DNA from: Ostreococcus lucimarinus
Taxonomy: Eukaryota
Assembly: GCA_000092065.1 (NCBI GenBank)
Contig: CP000594.1
DNA: 64,000 nt
Reading direction: 5' to 3' (one strand)
The position numbers and the translations under genes are program-made. The notes beneath the pieces are model-generated. The model was not told where the DNA came from. It was given only the letters and a program-made list of their open reading frames with translations, and did not search any database. Of this stretch, positions 39,080 through 48,906 are shown one piece after another (within the stretch, counting starts at the first letter, position 1; each line of letters starts with the position of its first letter).

Positions 39080-40417
39080 TTAATAACCACGTTTGCGCTG
39101 CATCCGCAAGTGTTCTTTACGTTCCTCGGGAGTCATTTCGCGCAAATCCTTCTTTTTCTTTTTCTTCTTTTCGGTCGAATCCGTTGTTCCTTCTTTCTTC
39201 TTCTTCTTCGTCTTTTGCATCGTCACGTCGTCTTCGTCCCACGTCCCCGCGTTCAAGCCCGTCCCCGCATCATTTTTCAATAAAGCTTTGAACGCCGCGC
39301 TACCGCATGGCCCTTTGCGTTTCAAATCCTTGTTCTCGAACACGCCTATCAATCCCGTGCGCTTTGTTGGATCCTTCTCCTCTTCGTGCGTCGCCACTGC
39401 GCCGTCGCCATCTAATACTTTTCCTTTGTTCTTTGCCACGAAGAGTTCCACAAAGCTACGTTCGCTTTCACCGCCGCCGCCGTCGTCATCCTTTTCACCG
39501 TCTCGTCCCTTCACGCTATCCTTTACTTTCTTCCTCTTCTTCGATTTTTCTTCCGGATCGATATCGTCGAGCTCATCGTCGCTCGTCGCGTCCGCTCGTT
39601 CCGGCGGTCGCCCTCGCGCGTCTCGAGGCTTCCTGCCGTCTAGTAATTTCAACCCGGGGCACATGCGCGTGATCTTCTCCGCGTACTCTGGATCGTTTGC
39701 GATCGGGCACCCACGCAGTGTCAACTGTTCCAGACGATTGAGCTCGCGCAGCGCGCTCAAATCGCCCCAATCCGAAATCTTATTGTACCCGACGTCTAAT
39801 ATCCGCAAATTCGGCGTCTTCGCCACGCACGGCGGAATCGTCTTCAACTCGTTGTGCGCCACGCGCAACTCTCTTAACCCCCTGGATGACTGCAACGCAT
39901 CTATTCCGAGCTTGGACAGGGCGTTTTTCGACAGATTCACCTTGCGAAGCGCCGGACTTTCGCTCAACGCGTCGCCGACGTCCCGCAGCTCGCACTCGGC
40001 GCACGCCAACGTGTTCAATTCCTTCAACCCACGCACGTGATCGATATCTCGCAGACCGCACTCTTTCGCGATAAGAGCCGCCAGTGCGTGCATGTTTTCT
40101 ACCCCGCGCAGCGTGCGCAAGCCGTCGTTTCCGCTCACATTCAGCGTGCGAATCCGAGGACAGTTTTGTCCCAGCGCCGCCAAGGCGTCCGACTTTAACA
40201 CGTTATTCGCGCACGAGAACCACGTCAGCGACGTCGATCGCACGCCCGACAAGTCGCTCAACGCATTTTCGCTCACGTCGAGCTTTTTAATCGCCCCGGA
40301 AGTCGTTTCCGCGCGCGCCAGGACGTCGTCTTCGACGGCGTTCAGGGAGCAAGCTTTGAGCGCGCACGCGTCGCCGATGGTTCGCGCGCTCGCGAGCTCG
40401 GGCGTGAGCGTCTTCAT
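39080..40417 (-). CDS. Leucine-rich-repeat protein (SDS22-like LRRs) with a Lys-rich basic C-terminus
   Basis: ATG at 40417. About 10 LRR units LxxLxLxxNxI (e.g. LRILDVGYNKISDWGDLSALRELNRLEQLTLRGCPI). The stop is only about 30 bp from the PSMD9 stop. Confidence 0.55.
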   Translation of the reverse strand: MKTLTPELASARTIGDACALKACSLNAVEDDVLARAETTSGAIKKLDVSENALSDLSGVRSTSLTWFSCANNVLKSDALAALGQNCPRIRTLNVSGNDGLRTLRGVENMHALAALIAKECGLRDIDHVRGLKELNTLACAECELRDVGDALSESPALRKVNLSKNALSKLGIDALQSSRGLRELRVAHNELKTIPPCVAKTPNLRILDVGYNKISDWGDLSALRELNRLEQLTLRGCPIANDPEYAEKITRMCPGLKLLDGRKPRDARGRPPERADATSDDELDDIDPEEKSKKRKKVKDSVKGRDGEKDDDGGGGESERSFVELFVAKNKGKVLDGDGAVATHEEEKDPTKRTGLIGVFENKDLKRKGPCGSAAFKALLKNDAGTGLNAGTWDEDDVTMQKTKKKKKEGTTDSTEKKKKKKKDLREMTPEERKEHLRMQRKRGY

Positions 40418-40602
40418 GTCGAGAAGACGCCAAATGCGCTCGCGTCGAGCGTTCGCCGCGAGCGCTTCGCGTTTCGAGGCGCGTGGGACACTGAGGATTG
40501 GCGTCGCCGCGCTCGCGGTGGTTTACACTTCGCCTACTGTTCGTACATGTTGAATCGTTTTCGTTTCGTCTGGAGTCGTTTGGTGGACTCGAACACAATT
40601 TT

Positions 40603-41535
40603 CTATGACCCCATCGCGTCTGCGTCCTCGTCATCGCTCTCGTCGTCGTCGCTATCGACGACGAGCGGGTGTCGAAGCGTGTCGGCTTCTTCGGCGCGCG
40701 CGCTCGCGTCGCCGTCCTCATCCGCGAAAGAAGCCGCGCGAGCGCGCTTCGGTGGTAACTTTCGAAGAACGTATAGCACCAACGCGCTCGGTAAGATCTC
40801 CACCGCGACGTAATACGCTACGTTCATCGTTTTTGACGCGTACACATCGACGGCGTATTTCGCCTCTCCCCCCGTCGCGAGGAACAAAACCACACAGCGC
40901 ACCGCGAACGCGGTGACGCACACCGCGGTGACGCTCCCGATTTCGCGTATTTTCTTCGCCCGCGTCGTCAGGCCTTCTGGAAACTCTCGAAGCATGACGT
41001 ACAACTTTGAGCCGTAAAACGCGAATGCGAGCGCGACGCTCGCGCTCGCAAACGCCAGCGTCCCCGAAGACGCTCGCTCGAGCGCATCACCGCGCCACTT
41101 TTCCTTCCCAAACGCCATCAAAGACCAAATCCCAAGTTCGGTCGCGTACGCGACTACGTTGACTGCGTAAAACGTCGTCCGCGCGCGTCTCGTCCTCGCC
41201 GCTTCGCCGCGCGCCGCGTGATAGATGTCGCTCCAGAACAACACCAATCCAGCGTACGTGGACAAAAAAACCAAACCCGGGCCATCGTTCACGATTGCGT
41301 TGATGGTGTGCGTCTTTTCGATCGCGCTTCGACCGAAGAACGCGCACGCGCGCGCGGTAGAGGTGAAAAGATTCGCCAGGTGAAACATCTGTTGCGTGGT
41401 GAAGAAACCGACGTGTTTCGGCGTGCGTCGTGCGATTCTGTACACCTGCACGACGCAAGTCAACGCAATGAGTCCATAGAGCGACGCGAGGACGTCGTAC
41501 GCGTCCGGGATCGACGCCGCGGTGGTCGTCGACAT
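40603..41535 (-). CDS. Seven-transmembrane THH1/TOM1/TOM3-family (DUF1084) protein with an acidic C-terminal tail
   Basis: ATG at 41535. Seven hydrophobic segments. Similarity to plant tobamovirus-multiplication TOM1-like proteins. Confidence 0.5.
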   Translation of the reverse strand: MSTTTAASIPDAYDVLASLYGLIALTCVVQVYRIARRTPKHVGFFTTQQMFHLANLFTSTARACAFFGRSAIEKTHTINAIVNDGPGLVFLSTYAGLVLFWSDIYHAARGEAARTRRARTTFYAVNVVAYATELGIWSLMAFGKEKWRGDALERASSGTLAFASASVALAFAFYGSKLYVMLREFPEGLTTRAKKIREIGSVTAVCVTAFAVRCVVLFLATGGEAKYAVDVYASKTMNVAYYVAVEILPSALVLYVLRKLPPKRARAASFADEDGDASARAEEADTLRHPLVVDSDDDESDDEDADAMGS

Positions 41536-41791
41536 GACGGTGTCCTTTTGACTCCGAAAATCTCGGAGGGCGACTGTGCGGCGCGGCGCGCTTCGCGAGC
41601 GCGAACCAAACGGTGATTGATATTGTGATTCATGATTAACAACTCAACAAAGACATTTTAAACTCTAGAAACAAAAGTTGGACGATAATAGTGTCACGTG
41701 TGATGACGCCGATACGAGCGTCGCTAAGAGCAATGGTGGACCGCGAAGATGTCGCGTCGCCTAGGAAGAACATACGGGGATATCACAAACA

Positions 41792-43141
41792 TCAGTCGCT
41801 TCCGCCGGTCATGCCAGCCAAATTGAGCGAGCTTGGCTCTTGACCGAACGGAATCCAGCAACAGATGTTGTTGCGGTGGGCGATGCTTTCAGCGCCGGCG
41901 TAACCGACTATTTCGTAGAATTCATCCGCTGACTTGCCGATGAAGGTTTCGATTTCCTCCGACGAGTAGTTGGTGATAGCGCGGCCAAGATCGCGCTCGT
42001 CGCCAGTTTCGGAATCGATAGTCAAGATTCTCACGCCGTCTTCCGCGACAAAGTCGCCGCGGCAGGCGACGATGCCCGTAGAGAAGAGCGACTTATTGGT
42101 TTCCATGGCGCGCGCCGCGTTGGCGTTGACGACCAAGTCGCCCGAAGGCGGAAGCAACAAGATCCAGCGCTTTCGCCCGCGCAGAGGCCGAGGCATGGCG
42201 AGGAAGAGCGTGCCGACCGACTTCTGGTGTAAAATGATATCCGAAAGGTCCGGCAACGCGTTGGCGTGCATGACGACGGTGTTGCATCCGCTCGCTGCGG
42301 CGAGACGCGCGGCGGAGAGCTTGGTCGCCATCCCGCCCGTGCCCAAACCACTCGCCCCGGCGTCGTCGGTGGAGACTTCCAAATCGTCGATATTTTCAAC
42401 CACAGAGATTCTCGTCGCGTCCGGGTTCGTGTTCGGGTTCGCGGTGTATAAACCATCGACGTCGGTGAGCAAGAACAAGTAATCGGCGTCGACGAGCGCC
42501 GCCACGTGCGCGCTCAGCGTATCGTTGTCCCCAAACTTCGTGTGCTGCACCGCCACCGTATCGTTTTCATTCACGATTGGAATAATATCTTGCGCCAGCA
42601 ACGACCGAAACGTGCTCTGCGCGTTCATATACTGTTGCCTATCCATGATGTTATCGAGCGAGATGAGCACCTGCGCCACGGGCTGCCCGACGCTTTGAAA
42701 AAAATCATCATACATTCGCATGAGGCGCACCATCCCGACCGCCGCCATAGCTTGTTTTCCCGCTAAATCCTGCGGTTTCTTCTTATTCAGCACCTGACAT
42801 CCCACGCCGACGGCCCCGCTCGTGACCACCACGCACCGCATCCCTCGTCGCTGCAGCTCGCAGCACGTCTCCGCGAGCATCCCGAAATTCGACAGGTGCA
42901 GGTGTCCGCTCGTCCCCCCTTTCAGCAGCGACGACGTCCCGACTTTCACCACCACGATCGGCGCTTGATTCGCGCCCGCGGGCGAGTTCGGTCGCGGCAC
43001 CATGCCGCCGCCATCGAGCGCGATCGCGTCGAGGTCGCGTCGAACGGCGTCGCCGTGCGCGTCGCTGGGCGCGCGGAGTTCGCGTCGCGCGCGCAGATCG
43101 ACCGCGGCGTCGTTTCCATTCTCACTGCGTTCGAACGGCAT
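41792..43141 (-). CDS. proB: Glutamate 5-kinase, stand-alone bacterial ProB type with a C-terminal PUA domain, plus an N-terminal organellar targeting extension
   Basis: ATG at 43141. Amino-acid-kinase fold motifs (VVVKVGTSSL, VVVTSGAVGVG, GDNDTLSAHVAALVDADYLFLLTDVDGLYTANP, GTGGMATKLSAARLAASGC). PUA region at the C-terminus. Confidence 0.8.
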   Translation of the reverse strand: MPFERSENGNDAAVDLRARRELRAPSDAHGDAVRRDLDAIALDGGGMVPRPNSPAGANQAPIVVVKVGTSSLLKGGTSGHLHLSNFGMLAETCCELQRRGMRCVVVTSGAVGVGCQVLNKKKPQDLAGKQAMAAVGMVRLMRMYDDFFQSVGQPVAQVLISLDNIMDRQQYMNAQSTFRSLLAQDIIPIVNENDTVAVQHTKFGDNDTLSAHVAALVDADYLFLLTDVDGLYTANPNTNPDATRISVVENIDDLEVSTDDAGASGLGTGGMATKLSAARLAAASGCNTVVMHANALPDLSDIILHQKSVGTLFLAMPRPLRGRKRWILLLPPSGDLVVNANAARAMETNKSLFSTGIVACRGDFVAEDGVRILTIDSETGDERDLGRAITNYSSEEIETFIGKSADEFYEIVGYAGAESIAHRNNICCWIPFGQEPSSLNLAGMTGGSD

Positions 43142-43260
43142 CGCGAGACGACCGCGACGTCGCGCGACGCGACGCGATTTGACGTCGTGCCAAGTCTATC
43201 GCGGAACGGGCGCTCGAGCGGTCAACTGGGAGACTGGGGAGACTGGGCGAAACCACACGA

Positions 43261-44670
43261 CTAGGCGTCTAAGGCGGCTAAGAGCTCTTTCAAGGCGTCG
43301 GCGTGGAGGGGAATGGAGAGTAAATCTCGACCGTCGTGACCGCGCTTGCTGCGGACGAGCTCGTGGTCGGTGAACTCGGTGAGGTGCGCGCGCAGGGTGA
43401 CTTCGGAGGAGACGAGAAATTGCTCGCGACAGGCGGCGTAAAAGACGTCGAGAGGACGGCCTTGGGAGTCTTCGTTTTCGAGCTGGTGCTCGGCGAGAAG
43501 GCGGAAAATGGCGCGCCCGTTCGGCGTGAGCGAACGCAAGACGTTGGCGGCGCCTCTGACGTGACGCTCTTCGCCCTTGGACGCGAGGAGTTGCGGAAGA
43601 TTCGCCGTCTCGAGCGCGTACGGCGCAAACGTCGCCGCCTCTTGCCACACCCAATTGAAACGCGCCGCTTCGCGTTTGCTCCAGAGCAACGGTGCGTTGA
43701 TGTGGTCGATGCTTGCTATGAGGTGCACGCGATCCATGGACGCAAGCTCGCCAAGAAGCGCCTGCGCCTCGCTCGTGCGCAACTGCGGACCGTCGATGTT
43801 GTGCAAGACGATGTAAAGACGCCTGGGTTCGCACGTCGGTGATCCGCGCGTCGCACTTTGAATCTGCGCGAGAAGCACTTCAGTGGGCGCATTCGCGCCT
43901 ACTTCGGTGCTTTCATCCGACAGCGCCGCCGCCGCCGCGGCGACGACTTGCTTAGGCGTGAGCGAAGGGAAGAAACCGTTGACGACGATGACGCCGCCGT
44001 CGAGAAAGTATCGCCTCTCGAAATCCTCCATCAACGCCTTCTTAGACCCGAAACCGTACAGCAAAACGTTGAAACCAGCGCTTAAGAGCTGAAACCACCT
44101 TCTGTGTTGCTTCTCGTGCTGCGTTTTGATGGCGCTACGCTCGTTCACGTGCCCCACCGGAAGGTGTCCGAGCAGCGTGCGCACCACCTCCTCGTCCGCC
44201 AGGTCCAACATCCCGAGCATGTTCACCTTGGCTGAATGTTGATACCCGTGCCCTTTACTCGCGATATATCCTATGCCCTTATTTTCTTGTCTCTTTCGTC
44301 GCTTCCGCTTCCCATCGCCGTCTTTGTCGTCCTCCTCGTCGCTTCCGTTTCCGCGTCGCGCGCCTTCGCGTTCAAATTCCTCCATCTTACTTTTCGCGTG
44401 TTCGATCGCCAGCGCCAGCGATTCGTCCCGGCTCGCGAGTTCGCTCTCTCGAGCATCCTTCGACGTCGTCGCTCGCGCGTTCGCTCGCGCGTTCACCGCG
44501 TTTACCTTCGCGTCGGCGCGTTTTTCTTCATCCAATCTTTGCAAGTACTCCAACGATTTCGGTACGTGTCCTCGAATTCTTCGTCCGACGCCGCGCGCCA
44601 GTCGCGCACCGCGCGTCTTCGTCGCGAACGACGGCGCCGCGGTCGTCGACGCGCGTTTTTTCGGCGGCAT
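43261..44670 (-). CDS. ORC2: Origin recognition complex subunit 2 (ORC2)
   Basis: ATG at 44670 (MPPKKRAST...). The ORF-track start at 44811 is GTG. Conserved C-terminal blocks NVLLYGFGSKKALMEDF and LYIVLHNIDGPQLRTSEAQALLGELA...IASIDHINAPLLW. Confidence 0.75.
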   Translation of the reverse strand: MPPKKRASTTAAPSFATKTRGARLARGVGRRIRGHVPKSLEYLQRLDEEKRADAKVNAVNARANARATTSKDARESELASRDESLALAIEHAKSKMEEFEREGARRGNGSDEEDDKDGDGKRKRRKRQENKGIGYIASKGHGYQHSAKVNMLGMLDLADEEVVRTLLGHLPVGHVNERSAIKTQHEKQHRRWFQLLSAGFNVLLYGFGSKKALMEDFERRYFLDGGVIVVNGFFPSLTPKQVVAAAAAALSDESTEVGANAPTEVLLAQIQSATRGSPTCEPRRLYIVLHNIDGPQLRTSEAQALLGELASMDRVHLIASIDHINAPLLWSKREAARFNWVWQEAATFAPYALETANLPQLLASKGEERHVRGAANVLRSLTPNGRAIFRLLAEHQLENEDSQGRPLDVFYAACREQFLVSSEVTLRAHLTEFTDHELVRSKRGHDGRDLLSIPLHADALKELLAALDA

Positions 44671-44793
44671 CGCGACGCGCGCCGTCGTGTCCCGATCGTT
44701 CAGCGTGTCCCGGCGTGGATAAAGCGTTGCGTCGCACAACGCCGCGCGCCGACGCGTCGACGCGCCGTTACGCGTCGTTTCCGCTCGCACGCG

Positions 44794-45918
44794 ATGCGCG
44801 CGATACCGCACCGCGCCTCGACGGTCGCGTCGCGCGATCGAAGCGCTTCACGACGACGCGCGGAGCGCGTTTCGACGACGCGACGTCATCGGGGCGTCGC
44901 CATCGCGCGCGCGGTGGCGCCTACGTACGAAAAGGTGTTCGACGAGCGCACGGGACAGGACGTGGATGTGCTTTCGCAAAGCGTCGAACGCGTCGAGTTG
45001 GGACAAGGCGTGACGTGGGCGTATCGTCGAGGCGTCGCGGCGCCGAAGGAGGGGGCGACGGCGCGCGAGACGCCGGTGGTGTTCGCGCACGGACTGGGCT
45101 CGCGTGCGTATGGATTTCGAGCGATGTCTCGCGAGTTGCAAGAGAATGGATTTGAGACGTACGCGGTAGACGTCACGGGACACGGAGATTCGAGTAAGCC
45201 AGCGGTGGGGAAAGGGTTGGCGGCGTACGACGCCGCGGCGACGGGGGCGGCGATGGAGGCGTTTTTGGAAAAAATTGGGTTGGCGAATGATCGCGTGGAC
45301 TTGATCTTGCACGGATTCGTGATACCGCAACACTTGTTACTGCTCGTCGCGCGCCGACCTGAATTGTTTCGTCGGGTGGTGATCTTAAACTCGCCGTTGG
45401 CGCCGTCGCACGCGTACCCGCCGCAGATGGCGACGTATACGAGACCGTTCGGCATGGGCAAGGGCGCACCGTTCGACGCGGCCGGATATTTGTATAACGG
45501 AAACGAGTTTGCGTTACCGGGCGATGTTTTGGCCGAGTACGAAAAGCCGTACGTTGGCGCAGAGGCTGAAGCGGCTCGCGCGGCGGCGGAGGCGTACGTC
45601 ACCAAGTCGAGCGACTTGAAAAAGCTCAACGCCGAAGTGAAGAACGCCTTGAGCGCGCGCGGGTTGCCTAAGATTCGCGTCGTCTGGGGGACCGCAGATC
45701 GCTACCTCGACGACGCACCGATTTACGATTGGTGCGCGGACATTCGCGCGTCCTTTTCCGCCATGCGTAAAGTCGGGCACTGCCCGCACGAAGACTTCGC
45801 CGCCGAAGCCGCCGCGCGCTGCCAAGAGTTCTTCCTCGCGGATTTGCGCGCGAGCGCCAAGGCGGCACTCAACTCTGTGCGCGTCGGCAAAATTACCACT
45901 GACGATGGTCAAGGGTAA
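44794..45918 (+). CDS. Alpha/beta-hydrolase fold protein with an N-terminal organellar transit peptide
   Basis: ATG at 44794. Hydrolase core VVFAHGLGSRAYGFRAM...VDLILHGFV...GHCPHED. The upstream part of ORF 44236..45918 is antisense to ORC2 and not coding. Confidence 0.55.
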   Translation: MRAIPHRASTVASRDRSASRRRAERVSTTRRHRGVAIARAVAPTYEKVFDERTGQDVDVLSQSVERVELGQGVTWAYRRGVAAPKEGATARETPVVFAHGLGSRAYGFRAMSRELQENGFETYAVDVTGHGDSSKPAVGKGLAAYDAAATGAAMEAFLEKIGLANDRVDLILHGFVIPQHLLLLVARRPELFRRVVILNSPLAPSHAYPPQMATYTRPFGMGKGAPFDAAGYLYNGNEFALPGDVLAEYEKPYVGAEAEAARAAAEAYVTKSSDLKKLNAEVKNALSARGLPKIRVVWGTADRYLDDAPIYDWCADIRASFSAMRKVGHCPHEDFAAEAAARCQEFFLADLRASAKAALNSVRVGKITTDDGQG

Positions 45919-46066
45919 AGTGCGAAGTGGTTTCGCTAGAATTCGTCTTTGTAATCATTCAAAAATTCCGATTCATTCCTTCAGCGAGAGCGACGACGGA
46001 GAGTTTGTGTAATGTGTTTTTCTTTTTTCTCTAACAATTGAATTACGTATTGTGTTTGTACTGTGA

Positions 46067-48577
46067 TTAATCTCCGCGAATGCGACCCCAGAGCGCGGCG
46101 AGAATCGGAATCAAGCCGACGCTGCCGAGAGACATGCGTTGATTCGTCGTCGCTCGGACGGAGATTTTCCCCGTGCCGCGCGAGTTGATGTTGAAACTAC
46201 TGGTGACTTGCGTGTCCTTGCCGACTTGGATAGAACTCATACCATTGCACCCGAGGGCGAGGTCGCCGCGCCAGTTCATGAAACTCGCGCTGAGCGTGGA
46301 TGAGTTCGGGTTCGACGGGTCCTCGCTGTGACGGATAATCGTCTCGAGGTTACCTGCGTACGCAACATCCTTTTGCGCCGTGACAGCGCCCGTGCTAACG
46401 ACAACCTTCATTCCAGGACGAGCCTTGAATCGGTTCTCGATCTTTGTACCGAGAGCCACCACACCACCGACAAAAGAGGCGGAAAGACCACCGATGATCT
46501 TGTCGACGGCGCAAAACTTCCACCTCGTCTCCCCTCGCGCCGTGTACACCAAATCCTTGCCCACGGTTTGAATGTCGACGCCCGTCGTCGAAATCAGAGT
46601 TCGCGAGTGCGGGACAGACATTTCACCTTCAAAACCGAAGTTGCTGTCCTTTTTGTCCTTGGAAATTTGCGCTTGAACCACACCTGGGACTTGGTCCTTG
46701 AGAACAAACTGATGTTCGACGGAGAAGCCCTCCACGCCAGTCTCGTGATCCCAGCCGTGCGCGTCCACGATCGGTCGGCACGACCACTGTTGGTTCGACT
46801 CAAGTTGCCGGTAATGGTGACCTTGCGTGTCGCCATCGAAAGACAAGGGCAATTGAGGATCGGGCGCCGGAATGGAGACTTGCTTTGGCGTCGGCGTCGG
46901 CTCCATCTGATCCGCGGGAATGTCGTACGGGGACGGCTCGCCAGAGATGATTTCGTTCTCCAAATCTTCGAATCCATCGTCTTCATACTCCACCAAACGA
47001 CGAGGCTTTCGAGTGGTGATGAGTGAAGATAACAAGAACGGAAGCGGGGGCACCTTTTGTTGCCCCGGCATGCCACCCGCGCGCGCCGCCTTGGCAGCCT
47101 TTTGTTGGTCGGCGGCCAAGTTCAACAACGTATTCGCCTCCGTGAGGATCTTGGACGCGAAGCACAACAACAACAACTGCGGCTTCCAAACTTGTCCGTT
47201 CGGAAGCACTCGCTCGCCCGCACGGTTGGTGCGGCAAAGCGGGTGGTTCTCCGCGAGCGCCACTGGGTTCATGAGACGCATGTCGCCCGCGGCTTGGCGA
47301 ATCGTTTGCTGCACGATGTGCGAACGCTGAGCGACGTACATTTCGTAAGAAATCGGCTGGCCATTTGCGCCATCCGGCGGCGCGGCGGCGGCGTGCGTCA
47401 AGACGACGATGGCGTTGAACCAAATCGCTTGGCCAAAGGTGTTCGTGATTTGCTTCAACAACGGCAAATCCGCCGCGTCCGATCGCGACGGAATGTCGAG
47501 ACGATCGAAGTAAAGCACGATGTCGGGCTTGTGTTGCTTGGTAAACTTCTTCGCATCGTTCATGATGGTGGAGTTGTAACGAATGTCCGTCGCAGACGCT
47601 TGCAAACCAGGCGTATCGATGAGTCGAAGCGTCATGCCGTGAATCTTCTTCTCAATCAGTTGCACCTTCTTCGTCGCGTCCTCATCGTCCGTACCAGACG
47701 GCGCCGAACCTTCGCCCAACAGAGAGTTGATCACCGCGGACTTACCCACGCCACTCTTACCCAAAAGCAAGATGGTGCACGTAAAATCCAAATCCGCGTC
47801 GGAGCCCTCTTTCTCGGCTTGCTCGGCGAGCGCCACGGCGCGATCAAAGGACGAATTGGACGGATCTTTCTGCGTCCCTTTCCCAGCCTTGAGCTGTTCT
47901 GCGAGTTCCAGACGGTAGATCACCTGCGCCACCACCGTATTTCTCGGGCTTTGTTCCAATCTCGAAGCCAAGCGCAAGAGCTTGATGCGAAGCATTTGCA
48001 GCTCGTACGTCCTCGTCGCATCTTCGTCGCTCGGATCTGGCTTCACTAACGGCTCCACGGGCGCCGATTTCGGTTTCACCGCCGCCAATGCGCTCCCAGC
48101 CGCCTCTCGTACGGTGCTCGCGAACGACTTGGCCAACATGGGCGCCGCCGTACCAGCGGCCCGGAACTTCGCCCCGGCGTCGACGCCCGCCGTCTCGCCT
48201 CCATCACCGCCCGCGACCTCTGTCTCTTCTTCGTAGTCCGACCCATCGTTCAATTCGTTTTCATTGTCTTTCCCCTCGTCGCTCGCGTACGCGTCCGCGT
48301 CGTTCGTCATCCCTTCCTTCGTTTCCGTTCGCTCGACCTCGAAACCCTCGGCTCGCGTCTCCGCGCCTCGCTCGAGTTCCTCGCTCTCGGCTTCCTCCTC
48401 GTCCTCGCTCGACCGCGCGAACGAGTGATCGCTCGATTCGTCGTACTCGATCGACTCCTCGCTCGTCTCGTCGTCGTACGATTCGAACGAACTCTCGTCG
48501 AACGAGGCTTCGTCTCGACTGTCGTACGCGTACGCTTCGCTGTCGCTGCTCGCGTAGTCGTCCTCGCTCGTGGACAT
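46067..48577 (-). CDS. Toc159-family chloroplast outer-envelope preprotein receptor GTPase (acidic A-domain, Toc-type G-domain, membrane-anchoring M-domain)
   Basis: ATG at 48577. Acidic N-terminus (SEDDYASSDSEAYAYDSRDEASFDESS...). G1 motif LLLGKSGVGKSAVINSLLGE and TLRLIDTPGL. Long C-terminal beta-rich domain. Confidence 0.75.
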   Translation of the reverse strand: MSTSEDDYASSDSEAYAYDSRDEASFDESSFESYDDETSEESIEYDESSDHSFARSSEDEEEAESEELERGAETRAEGFEVERTETKEGMTNDADAYASDEGKDNENELNDGSDYEEETEVAGGDGGETAGVDAGAKFRAAGTAAPMLAKSFASTVREAAGSALAAVKPKSAPVEPLVKPDPSDEDATRTYELQMLRIKLLRLASRLEQSPRNTVVAQVIYRLELAEQLKAGKGTQKDPSNSSFDRAVALAEQAEKEGSDADLDFTCTILLLGKSGVGKSAVINSLLGEGSAPSGTDDEDATKKVQLIEKKIHGMTLRLIDTPGLQASATDIRYNSTIMNDAKKFTKQHKPDIVLYFDRLDIPSRSDAADLPLLKQITNTFGQAIWFNAIVVLTHAAAAPPDGANGQPISYEMYVAQRSHIVQQTIRQAAGDMRLMNPVALAENHPLCRTNRAGERVLPNGQVWKPQLLLLCFASKILTEANTLLNLAADQQKAAKAARAGGMPGQQKVPPLPFLLSSLITTRKPRRLVEYEDDGFEDLENEIISGEPSPYDIPADQMEPTPTPKQVSIPAPDPQLPLSFDGDTQGHHYRQLESNQQWSCRPIVDAHGWDHETGVEGFSVEHQFVLKDQVPGVVQAQISKDKKDSNFGFEGEMSVPHSRTLISTTGVDIQTVGKDLVYTARGETRWKFCAVDKIIGGLSASFVGGVVALGTKIENRFKARPGMKVVVSTGAVTAQKDVAYAGNLETIIRHSEDPSNPNSSTLSASFMNWRGDLALGCNGMSSIQVGKDTQVTSSFNINSRGTGKISVRATTNQRMSLGSVGLIPILAALWGRIRGD

Positions 48578-48906
48578 AAACGGCGACGACGGCGATGCGC
48601 GAGGGCGTAGCGCTCGTTCGCGACTCGCGCGCGCGTTCGGGGCTCGCGAAACTGGCGCGCCGCGGAATGGCGGCGAAATGGTCAGCGATCCCCCGCGCGC
48701 GAGGGTTTGGTCAGCGCCTGCGCCGCACGATAGGTTGAATTACAAAACTGACGGCGCCCGCACGAAGGTGCTGCGAATGCATGCGTCATAATGTTGACTT
48801 ATTGAGACAAGAGAAGGCGCGGCGCAGATGGTGCGTGAGCGCGCGCGCGCGATGGTGCGCGTGTTCGGTCCTGGTATTAAGGAGGCCCGGGCGCCCGCGG
48901 AGGAAA

